Positions 52,406 through 64,000 of a stretch of 64,000 bases of DNA are shown in pieces. Both the position numbers and the translations under genes were made by a program. The notes beneath the pieces were generated by a model. The model was not told the origin of the DNA and did no database searches. It saw only the letters and a list, made by a program, of their open reading frames with translations. Origin of the DNA: Blastocladiella emersonii ATCC 22665 (lineage: Eukaryota; Fungi; Blastocladiomycota); contig JANHCV010000017.1 in assembly GCA_025594325.1 (NCBI GenBank), positions 248,001 through 312,000 of the forward strand. Reading direction: 5' to 3'. Within the stretch, counting starts at the first letter, position 1, and each line of letters starts with the position of its first letter.

Positions 52406-55400
52406 AACAACATTGCTCACGCAATGGATCATGTATTTTATGGCAAGTAGTCTGCGAAGCAGAGACGGGGATGTCCGGCCCAATCGGACCCTCCACGGAT
52501 CACAATATGCACGCAATGAATTGACTGATGATAGGGATGTACCAAACCAGCCACGTAGACAATTGTCGTGGTTGTCGAACAAAACCATATTCAAATCTTT
52601 GGCAACGCGCCTGTCCAGCTAGCCAGGGACCCATGAATCACAGTATCGACCCAACAAGATATTAGACCATGGTAATATAGTAAACCAACCTCGTACATAA
52701 TTGTCATGGTACTCAAACAAAACCATATTCAAGTCTTTGCTTTCCCGCATATCCAGCTGGCCAGGGACCCATAAATCACAGTATCGAACGAACAAGATAT
52801 CTTACCATGGAAATATAGTTAACCAGCCACGCGGACAATTGTCATGGTACTCAATCGAGACCACATTCAAGTCTTTGCTCTCCCGCATGTCAAGCTGGTT
52901 GAAGGCCCATTAATCACAGTATCGACCCAACAAGATATTTGACCATGGAAACATAGTAAACCAGCCACGCGGATAATTGTCATGGTACTCAATCAAAACC
53001 ATATTCATATTTTTGCTTCCCCGTATGTCAAGCTGGTTGAAGACCCATAACTCACAGTATCGACCCAACAAGATATTTGACCATGGAAACATAGTAAACC
53101 AGCCACGCGGATAATTGTCATGGTACTCAATCAAAACCATATTCATATTTTTGCTTCCCCGCATGTCAAGCTGGTTGAAGACCCATAAATCACAGTATCG
53201 AACCAACAAAATATCTGACCATGGAAATATAGTTAACCAGCCACGCGGACAATTGTCATGGTACTCAATCGAAACCACATTCAAGTCTTTGCTCTCCCGC
53301 ATGTCAAGCTGGTTGAAGGCCCATTAATCACAGTATCGACCCAACAAGATATTTGACCATGGAAACATAGTAAACCAGCCACGCGGATAATTGTCATGGT
53401 ACTCAATCAAAACCATATTCAAGTCTTTGCTTTCCCGCACGTCCAGCTGGTTGAAGGCCCATAAATCACAGTATCGACCCAACAAAGTATCTGACAACCG
53501 AAATATAGCAGACAATCCACGCAGACAATTGTCATGCCACCTAATCAAAACCATATTCAAGTCTTTGCTTTCCCACATGTCAAGCTGGTTGAAGGCCCAT
53601 AAATCACAGTATCGAACCAACGAAATATCTGACCATGGAAATATAGTAAAGCAGCCACGCAGATAATTGTCATGGTACTTAATCAAAACCATATTCATAT
53701 TTTTGCTTCCCCGCATGTCAAGCTGGTTGAAGGCCCATAAATCACAGTATCGAACGAACAAGATATCTTACCATGGAAATATAGTTAACCAGCCACGCAA
53801 ATGATTGTCATGCCACTTAATCAAAACCATACTCAAATGGTCGATTACCCTCACGTCCAAGCGGCCAAGGACCCAAACCGCCAGATACCCAAATCTACGA
53901 CCACGTTGCGCACACTCCACTAGCCAACTCTTCGATCCCCTAATTATGGAGCCCGTCGTCAAAGTCCACGGTCCAATCAACGAGGTAAACAGCGAACTTG
54001 TCAAACTGCCAACCTGCCAACCAAACACCCACGCCGCTTCTCAAGCCACGGTGGGCCCGCGCATTTGCGTTGCCGTCCCAGCCAACGAAGGAATGACTGA
54101 TGAGCCCTGGTAGCCTGCTAGACTGACAGCCTGACAGCGCCCGCTCAGTTGCTATTATCTATCTCGTAGGTAGTCTGGGAGGAGTTCGTTAGTCGATACG
54201 CGACCAGTCTCCTCCTGGCTGCCCGCTCTGCTGCCATCTCCAAGGCCCGCATGAAGATGGGCCAGGGAGGTTTACGAGCATTTCCTATCTCTCCTCTCTC
54301 CGTGTGAAACCATTCACCCGCGGACGGATGCGCACCACGCACCGTGCACCGCGCACCGCGCACCGCGCACCGCGCACCGTGCACCGCGCACCGCGCACCG
54401 CGCACAGCGCACCGCGGACAGCGCCCGATGCACCACACGCTGCGCACACGGCGCCAACGGCCACGCTGGTGTCACGCACACACACTCGCATGAACGGCAA
54501 GCAGGCAAGGCTTCCTCAACTCAACCATGATCCATCGTCCATGTCTGCTCGCTCCAACGGGTGCGCCTGCCTACCCTCCCAGTGCCATCGATTGATTGAT
54601 TCATGTCCAGTGCTGCCCATGCTTTCATGGCCGCGGGGTCCGTCAGAACGCCTTGCAATGCGTGCGCCTGCATGCACCTGCACTGCAGAGCGCTGCAGAG
54701 GGCTGCACAGCGCTGCGGAGGGCTGCAGAGGGCTAAGGCGGCAGGGCTTCTCCTCCTGCAGGGGACAGTACCAAGGCCAAGGAGTGCTAGTGACTACTAA
54801 CGGAATGGTGATTGGCCCCCTTCACACGCTCCTGGCAGGACTGCGTGTGGGCGTGCGGGCGTTTGTGCGTGCGTGCCTTGATTCGTCCACCATCATACGC
54901 GCAAAGTGACCAAGTGACCAAGTGACCAAGTGACCAAGGTGACCAAGGTGACCAAGGTGACCAAGGTGACCAAGGTGACCAAGTGACACACAAGCACCAA
55001 GCTAGGGTGGCCGGGCGGCCATGGAACGTACTGCATGGGAACCATTACCGTGGACTGGCCGCGGCCATTTATCGCAGCACAGCCCTGCCTGGCTCAGGAC
55101 GCGGCGGGCGTGGGAGGCAGGCAGGGTAGATCGGTAGCAGCAGCAGGACCTGGCTAGCTGGCTGTCAAACAACACAAGTGAAGGGGTGCGTGAGGGAGGG
55201 TGTGTTGAATGAATGGATGGGTGGATGCAGGCAGAGAGAGACCTTCATACGTGTCGTGGGTGATGAGGATTGGTTGGCCACCATCCACCAACGCCATGGC
55301 ATGGCTGCGGGTGTCGCTGCGTGCGCCTTGGCGGGTGGTGTTGGTGGGTGGGTGGTCTTGGTGGGTGCTGTGGTGGTAGTGGAGCTAGAGTGGTGCCGTG

Positions 55401-58400
55401 GGGCTCTTGGGGTCCCCTTTCCTTCCTGTCTGGCCTAGGTGGGTCGGCGGACGCAGCGCGCATGCGGGCAAGGTAACAACATTGCTCACGCAATGGATCA
55501 TGTATTTTATGGCAAGTAGTCTGCGAAGCAGAGACGGGGATGTCCGGCCCAATCGGACCCTCCACGGATCACAATATGCACGCAATGAATTGACTGATGA
55601 TAGGGATGTACCAAACCAGCCACGTAGACAATTGTCGTGGTTGTCGAACAAAACCATATTCAAATCTTTGGCAACGCGCCTGTCCAGCTAGCCAGGGACC
55701 CATGAATCACAGTATCGACCCAACAAGATATTAGACCATGGTAATATAGTAAACCAACCTCGTACATAATTGTCATGGTACTCAAACAAAACCATATTCA
55801 AGTCTTTGCTTTCCCGCATATCCAGCTGGCCAGGGACCCATAAATCACAGTATCGAACGAACAAGATATCTTACCATGGAAATATAGTTAACCAGCCACG
55901 CGGACAATTGTCATGGTACTCAATCGAGACCACATTCAAGTCTTTGCTCTCCCGCATGTCAAGCTGGTTGAAGGCCCATTAATCACAGTATCGACCCAAC
56001 AAGATATTTGACCATGGAAACATAGTAAACCAGCCACGCGGATAATTGTCATGGTACTCAATCAAAACCATATTCATATTTTTGCTTCCCCGTATGTCAA
56101 GCTGGTTGAAGACCCATAACTCACAGTATCGACCCAACAAGATATTTGACCATGGAAACATAGTAAACCAGCCACGCGGATAATTGTCATGGTACTCAAT
56201 CAAAACCATATTCATATTTTTGCTTCCCCGCATGTCAAGCTGGTTGAAGACCCATAAATCACAGTATCGAACCAACAAAATATCTGACCATGGAAATATA
56301 GTTAACCAGCCACGCGGACAATTGTCATGGTACTCAATCGAAACCACATTCAAGTCTTTGCTCTCCCGCATGTCAAGCTGGTTGAAGGCCCATTAATCAC
56401 AGTATCGACCCAACAAGATATTTGACCATGGAAACATAGTAAACCAGCCACGCGGATAATTGTCATGGTACTCAATCAAAACCATATTCAAGTCTTTGCT
56501 TTCCCGCACGTCCAGCTGGTTGAAGGCCCATAAATCACAGTATCGACCCAACAAAGTATCTGACAACCGAAATATAGCAGACAATCCACGCAGACAATTG
56601 TCATGCCACCTAATCAAAACCATATTCAAGTCTTTGCTTTCCCACATGTCAAGCTGGTTGAAGGCCCATAAATCACAGTATCGAACCAACGAAATATCTG
56701 ACCATGGAAATATAGTAAAGCAGCCACGCAGATAATTGTCATGGTACTTAATCAAAACCATATTCATATTTTTGCTTCCCCGCATGTCAAGCTGGTTGAA
56801 GGCCCATAAATCACAGTATCGAACGAACAAGATATCTTACCATGGAAATATAGTTAACCAGCCACGCAAATGATTGTCATGCCACTTAATCAAAACCATA
56901 CTCAAATGGTCGATTACCCTCACGTCCAAGCGGCCAAGGACCCAAACCGCCAGATACCCAAATCTACGACCACGTTGCGCACACTCCACTAGCCAACTCT
57001 TCGATCCCCTAATTATGGAGCCCGTCGTCAAAGTCCACGGTCCAATCAACGAGGTAAACAGCGAACTTGTCAAACTGCCAACCTGCCAACCAAACACCCA
57101 CGCCGCTTCTCAAGCCACGGTGGGCCCGCGCATTTGCGTTGCCGTCCCAGCCAACGAAGGAATGACTGATGAGCCCTGGTAGCCTGCTAGACTGACAGCC
57201 TGACAGCGCCCGCTCAGTTGCTATTATCTATCTCGTAGGTAGTCTGGGAGGAGTTCGTTAGTCGATACGCGACCAGTCTCCTCCTGGCTGCCCGCTCTGC
57301 TGCCATCTCCAAGGCCCGCATGAAGATGGGCCAGGGAGGTTTACGAGCATTTCCTATCTCTCCTCTCTCCGTGTGAAACCATTCACCCGCGGACGGATGC
57401 GCACCACGCACCGTGCACCGCGCACCGCGCACCGCGCACCGCGCACCGTGCACCGCGCACCGCGCACCGCGCACAGCGCACCGCGGACAGCGCCCGATGC
57501 ACCACACGCTGCGCACACGGCGCCAACGGCCACGCTGGTGTCACGCACACACACTCGCATGAACGGCAAGCAGGCAAGGCTTCCTCAACTCAACCATGAT
57601 CCATCGTCCATGTCTGCTCGCTCCAACGGGTGCGCCTGCCTACCCTCCCAGTGCCATCGATTGATTGATTCATGTCCAGTGCTGCCCATGCTTTCATGGC
57701 CGCGGGGTCCGTCAGAACGCCTTGCAATGCGTGCGCCTGCATGCACCTGCACTGCAGAGCGCTGCAGAGGGCTGCACAGCGCTGCGGAGGGCTGCAGAGG
57801 GCTAAGGCGGCAGGGCTTCTCCTCCTGCAGGGGACAGTACCAAGGCCAAGGAGTGCTAGTGACTACTAACGGAATGGTGATTGGCCCCCTTCACACGCTC
57901 CTGGCAGGACTGCGTGTGGGCGTGCGGGCGTTTGTGCGTGCGTGCCTTGATTCGTCCACCATCATACGCGCAAAGTGACCAAGTGACCAAGTGACCAAGT
58001 GACCAAGGTGACCAAGGTGACCAAGGTGACCAAGGTGACCAAGGTGACCAAGTGACACACAAGCACCAAGCTAGGGTGGCCGGGCGGCCATGGAACGTAC
58101 TGCATGGGAACCATTACCGTGGACTGGCCGCGGCCATTTATCGCAGCACAGCCCTGCCTGGCTCAGGACGCGGCGGGCGTGGGAGGCAGGCAGGGTAGAT
58201 CGGTAGCAGCAGCAGGACCTGGCTAGCTGGCTGTCAAACAACACAAGTGAAGGGGTGCGTGAGGGAGGGTGTGTTGAATGAATGGATGGGTGGATGCAGG
58301 CAGAGAGAGACCTTCATACGTGTCGTGGGTGATGAGGATTGGTTGGCCACCATCCACCAACGCCATGGCATGGCTGCGGGTGTCGCTGCGTGCGCCTTGG

Positions 58401-58543
58401 CGGGTGGTGTTGGTGGGTGGGTGGTCTTGGTGGGTGCTGTGGTGGTAGTGGAGCTAGAGTGGTGCCGTGGGGCTCTTGGGGTCCCCTTTCCTTCCTGTCT
58501 GGCCTAGGTGGGTCGGCGGACGCAGCGCGCATGCGGGCAAGGT
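52406..58543. repeat. Units U19-U20 (3069 bp each): modal type
   Basis: Constant 3069-bp spacing. Confidence 0.95.
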
Positions 58544-61500
58544 AACAACATTGCTCACGCAATGGATCATGTATTTTATGGCAAGTAGTCTGCGAAGCAG
58601 AGACGGGGATGTCCGGCCCAATCGGACCCTCCACGGATCACAATATGCACGCAATGAATTGACTGATGATAGGGATGTACCAAACCAGCCACGTAGACAA
58701 TTGTCGTGGTTGTCGAACAAAACCATATTCAAATCTTTGGCAACGCGCCTGTCCAGCTAGCCAGGGACCCATGAATCACAGTATCGACCCAACAAGATAT
58801 TAGACCATGGTAATATAGTAAACCAACCTCGTACATAATTGTCATGGTACTCAAACAAAACCATATTCAAGTCTTTGCTTTCCCGCATATCCAGCTGGCC
58901 AGGGACCCATAAATCACAGTATCGAACGAACAAGATATCTTACCATGGAAATATAGTTAACCAGCCACGCGGACAATTGTCATGGTACTCAATCGAGACC
59001 ACATTCAAGTCTTTGCTCTCCCGCATGTCAAGCTGGTTGAAGGCCCATTAATCACAGTATCGACCCAACAAGATATTTGACCATGGAAACATAGTAAACC
59101 AGCCACGCGGATAATTGTCATGGTACTCAATCAAAACCATATTCATATTTTTGCTTCCCCGTATGTCAAGCTGGTTGAAGACCCATAACTCACAGTATCG
59201 ACCCAACAAGATATTTGACCATGGAAACATAGTAAACCAGCCACGCGGATAATTGTCATGGTACTCAATCAAAACCATATTCATATTTTTGCTTCCCCGC
59301 ATGTCAAGCTGGTTGAAGACCCATAAATCACAGTATCGAACCAACAAAATATCTGACCATGGAAATATAGTTAACCAGCCACGCGGACAATTGTCATGGT
59401 ACTCAATCGAAACCACATTCAAGTCTTTGCTCTCCCGCATGTCAAGCTGGTTGAAGGCCCATTAATCACAGTATCGACCCAACAAGATATTTGACCATGG
59501 AAACATAGTAAACCAGCCACGCGGATAATTGTCATGGTACTCAATCAAAACCATATTCAAGTCTTTGCTTTCCCGCACGTCCAGCTGGTTGAAGGCCCAT
59601 AAATCACAGTATCGACCCAACAAAGTATCTGACAACCGAAATATAGCAGACAATCCACGCAGACAATTGTCATGCCACCTAATCAAAACCATATTCAAGT
59701 CTTTGCTTTCCCACATGTCAAGCTGGTTGAAGGCCCATAAATCACAGTATCGAACCAACGAAATATCTGACCATGGAAATATAGTAAAGCAGCCACGCAG
59801 ATAATTGTCATGGTACTTAATCAAAACCATATTCATATTTTTGCTTCCCCGCATGTCAAGCTGGTTGAAGGCCCATAAATCACAGTATCGAACGAACAAG
59901 ATATCTTACCATGGAAATATAGTTAACCAGCCACGCAAATGATTGTCATGCCACTTAATCAAAACCATACTCAAATGGTCGATTACCCTCACGTCCAAGC
60001 GGCCAAGGACCCAAACCGCCAGATACCCAAATCTACGACCACGTTGCGCACACTCCACTAGCCAACTCTTCGATCCCCTAATTATGGAGCCCGTCGTCAA
60101 AGTCCACGGTCCAATCAACGAGGTAAACAGCGAACTTGTCAAACTGCCAACCTGCCAACCAAACACCCACGCCGCTTCTCAAGCCACGGTGGGCCCGCGC
60201 ATTTGCGTTGCCGTCCCAGCCAACGAAGGAATGACTGATGAGCCCTGGTAGCCTGCTAGACTGACAGCCTGACAGCGCCCGCTCAGTTGCTATTATCTAT
60301 CTCGTAGGTAGTCTGGGAGGAGTTCGTTAGTCGATACGCGACCAGTCTCCTCCTGGCTGCCCGCTCTGCTGCCATCTCCAAGGCCCGCATGAAGATGGGC
60401 CAGGGAGGTTTACGAGCATTTCCTATCTCTCCTCTCTCCGTGTGAAACCATTCACCCGCGGACGGATGCGCACCACGCACCGTGCACCGCGCACCGCGCA
60501 CCGCGCACCGCGCACCGTGCACCGCGCACCGCGCACCGCGCACAGCGCACCGCGGACAGCGCCCGATGCACCACACGCTGCGCACACGGCGCCAACGGCC
60601 ACGCTGGTGTCACGCACACACACTCGCATGAACGGCAAGCAGGCAAGGCTTCCTCAACTCAACCATGATCCATCGTCCATGTCTGCTCGCTCCAACGGGT
60701 GCGCCTGCCTACCCTCCCAGTGCCATCGATTGATTGATTCATGTCCAGTGCTGCCCATGCTTTCATGGCCGCGGGGTCCGTCAGAACGCCTTGCAATGCG
60801 TGCGCCTGCATGCACCTGCACTGCAGAGCGCTGCAGAGGGCTGCACAGCGCTGCGGAGGGCTGCAGAGGGCTAAGGCGGCAGGGCTTCTCCTCCTGCAGG
60901 GGACAGTACCAAGGCCAAGGAGTGCTAGTGACTACTAACGGAATGGTGATTGGCCCCCTTCACACGCTCCTGGCAGGACTGCGTGTGGGCGTGCGGGCGT
61001 TTGTGCGTGCGTGCCTTGATTCGTCCACCATCATACGCGCAAAGTGACCAAGTGACCAAGTGACCAAGTGACCAAGTGACCAAGTGACCAAGGTGACCAA
61101 GGTGACCAAGGTGACCAAGGTGACCAAGGTGACCAAGTGACACACAAGCACCAAGCTAGGGTGGCCGGGCGGCCATGGAACGTACTGCATGGGAACCATT
61201 ACCGTGGACTGGCCGCGGCCATTTATCGCAGCACAGCCCTGCCTGGCTCAGGACGCGGCGGGCGTGGGAGGCAGGCAGGGTAGATCGGTAGCAGCAGCAG
61301 GACCTGGCTAGCTGGCTGTCAAACAACACAAGTGAAGGGGTGCGTGAGGGAGGGTGTGTTGAATGAATGGATGGGTGGATGCAGGCAGAGAGAGACCTTC
61401 ATACGTGTCGTGGGTGATGAGGATTGGTTGGCCACCATCCACCAACGCCATGGCATGGCTGCGGGTGTCGCTGCGTGCGCCTTGGCGGGTGGTGTTGGTG

Positions 61501-61628
61501 GGTGGGTGGTCTTGGTGGGTGCTGTGGTGGTAGTGGAGCTAGAGTGGTGCCGTGGGGCTCTTGGGGTCCCCTTTCCTTCCTGTCTGGCCTAGGTGGGTCG
61601 GCGGACGCAGCGCGCATGCGGGCAAGGT
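58544..61628. repeat. Unit U21 (3085 bp): octamer/nonamer 6+5
   Basis: 3069+16. Confidence 0.95.
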
Positions 61629-64000
61629 AACAACATTGCTCACGCAATGGATCATGTATTTTATGGCAAGTAGTCTGCGAAGCAGAGACGGGGATGTCCG
61701 GCCCAATCGGACCCTCCACGGATCACAATATGCACGCAATGAATTGACTGATGATAGGGATGTACCAAACCAGCCACGTAGACAATTGTCGTGGTTGTCG
61801 AACAAAACCATATTCAAATCTTTGGCAACGCGCCTGTCCAGCTAGCCAGGGACCCATGAATCACAGTATCGACCCAACAAGATACTAGACCATGGTAATA
61901 TAGTAAACCAACCTCGTACATAATTGTCATGGTACTCAAACAAAACCATATTCAAGTCTTTGCTTTCCCGCATATCCAGCTGGCCAGGGACCCATAAATC
62001 ACAGTATCGAACGAACAAGATATCTTACCATGGAAATATAGTTAACCAGCCACGCGGACAATTGTCATGGTACTCAATCGAGACCACATTCAAGTCTTTG
62101 CTCTCCCGCATGTCAAGCTGGTTGAAGGCCCATTAATCACAGTATCGACCCAACAAGATATTTGACCATGGAAACATAGTAAACCAGCCACGCGGATAAT
62201 TGTCATGGTACTCAATCAAAACCATATTCATATTTTTGCTTCCCCGTATGTCAAGCTGGTTGAAGACCCATAACTCACAGTATCGACCCAACAAGATATT
62301 TGACCATGGAAACATAGTAAACCAGCCACGCGGATAATTGTCATGGTACTCAATCAAAACCATATTCATATTTTTGCTTCCCCGCATGTCAAGCTGGTTG
62401 AAGACCCATAAATCACAGTATCGAACCAACAAAATATCTGACCATGGAAATATAGTTAACCAGCCACGCGGACAATTGTCATGGTACTCAATCGAAACCA
62501 CATTCAAGTCTTTGCTCTCCCGCATGTCAAGCTGGTTGAAGGCCCATTAATCACAGTATCGACCCAACAAGATATTTGACCATGGAAACATAGTAAACCA
62601 GCCACGCGGATAATTGTCATGGTACTCAATCAAAACCATATTCAAGTCTTTGCTTTCCCGCACGTCCAGCTGGTTGAAGGCCCATAAATCACAGTATCGA
62701 CCCAACAAAGTATCTGACAACCGAAATATAGCAGACAATCCACGCAGACAATTGTCATGCCACCTAATCAAAACCATATTCAAGTCTTTGCTTTCCCACA
62801 TGTCAAGCTGGTTGAAGGCCCATAAATCACAGTATCGAACCAACGAAATATCTGACCATGGAAATATAGTAAAGCAGCCACGCAGATAATTGTCATGGTA
62901 CTTAATCAAAACCATATTCATATTTTTGCTTCCCCGCATGTCAAGCTGGTTGAAGGCCCATAAATCACAGTATCGAACGAACAAGATATCTTACCATGGA
63001 AATATAGTTAACCAGCCACGCAAATGATTGTCATGCCACTTAATCAAAACCATACTCAAATGGTCGATTACCCTCACGTCCAAGCGGCCAAGGACCCAAA
63101 CCGCCAGATACCCAAATCTACGACCACGTTGCGCACACTCCACTAGCCAACTCTTCGATCCCCTAATTATGGAGCCCGTCGTCAAAGTCCACGGTCCAAT
63201 CAACGAGGTAAACAGCGAACTTGTCAAACTGCCAACCTGCCAACCAAACACCCACGCCGCTTCTCAAGCCACGGTGGGCCCGCGCATTTGCGTTGCCGTC
63301 CCAGCCAACGAAGGAATGACTGATGAGCCCTGGTAGCCTGCTAGACTGACAGCCTGACAGCGCCCGCTCAGTTGCTATTATCTATCTCGTAGGTAGTCTG
63401 GGAGGAGTTCGTTAGTCGATACGCGACCAGTCTCCTCCTGGCTGCCCGCTCTGCTGCCATCTCCAAGGCCCGCATGAAGATGGGCCAGGGAGGTTTACGA
63501 GCATTTCCTATCTCTCCTCTCTCCGTGTGAAACCATTCACCCGCGGACGGATGCGCACCACGCACCGTGCACCGCGCACCGCGCACCGCGCACCGCGCAC
63601 CGTGCACCGCGCACCGCGCACCGCGCACAGCGCACCGCGGACAGCGCCCGATGCACCACACGCTGCGCACACGGCGCCAACGGCCACGCTGGTGTCACGC
63701 ACACACACTCGCATGAACGGCAAGCAGGCAAGGCTTCCTCAACTCAACCATGATCCATCGTCCATGTCTGCTCGCTCCAACGGGTGCGCCTGCCTACCCT
63801 CCCAGTGCCATCGATTGATTGATTCATGTCCAGTGCTGCCCATGCTTTCATGGCCGCGGGGTCCGTCAGAACGCCTTGCAATGCGTGCGCCTGCATGCAC
63901 CTGCACTGCAGAGCGCTGCAGAGGGCTGCACAGCGCTGCGGAGGGCTGCAGAGGGCTAAGGCGGCAGGGCTTCTCCTCCTGCAGGGGACAGTACCAAGGC
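61629..64000. repeat. Unit U22, truncated by the window end
   Basis: 9 monomers; GATACTAGAC variant at 61885. Confidence 0.95.

Larger units (their letters stand above)
1..64000. repeat. Tandem macrosatellite, ~3.07-kb unit, 21 full copies + 1 partial; probably extends beyond both window edges
   Basis: Marker AACAACATTGCTCACGC recurs at 1, 3072, 6003, 8934, 12011, 15087, 18158, 21227, 24296, 26675, 29330, 32275, 35082, 37889, 40958, 44027, 47096, 50165, 52406, 55475, 58544, 61629; the ORF track repeats with the same spacing. The unit boundary is arbitrary. Confidence 0.99.

Noticed and set aside
1-64000. All ORFs in the supplied track (64-237 aa) as genes
   Set aside because: They overlap on both strands, derive from repeat periodicity (138 = 46 codons; heptamer and octamer tracts), show no recognisable domain, and gain or lose stops as monomers are shuffled.
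1-64000. Rolling-circle or amplification concatemer of one small circle
   Set aside because: Units differ by discrete, shared, nested variants rather than random errors, which fits an evolved array; local assembly order still needs read support.

Overview
The whole 64 kb is one head-to-tail macrosatellite of a ~3.07-kb unit: 21 complete copies plus a partial 22nd, near-identical, modal length 3069 bp, range 2241-3085 bp. Each unit has an AT-richer array of 138-bp monomers (usually 9 in fixed order, 3-8 in deleted units, plus a decayed monomer at each edge). This is followed by ~1.7 kb of GC-rich sequence containing a (CGCACCG)n heptamer tract, a 5x decamer, a polar (GTGACCAA)n(GGTGACCAA)m tract, TGGCCG-based palindromes and a G/T-rich segment. 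All unit-length differences are explained exactly by whole monomer, heptamer-pair or octamer/nonamer copy changes. I found no credible protein-coding gene, rRNA, 5S, tRNA, snRNA, CRISPR array or transposase; the ORF track reflects repeat periodicity. The style (microsatellites, CpG-rich, intron-like signals) suggests a eukaryote, but I cannot identify the organism. Best leads: the detailed recombination history recorded by shared variants, and a speculative small-RNA-like cassette (splice donor, hairpin, Sm-like site, hairpin) at each unit junction, resembling spliced-leader RNA gene arrays. Function is not demonstrated.
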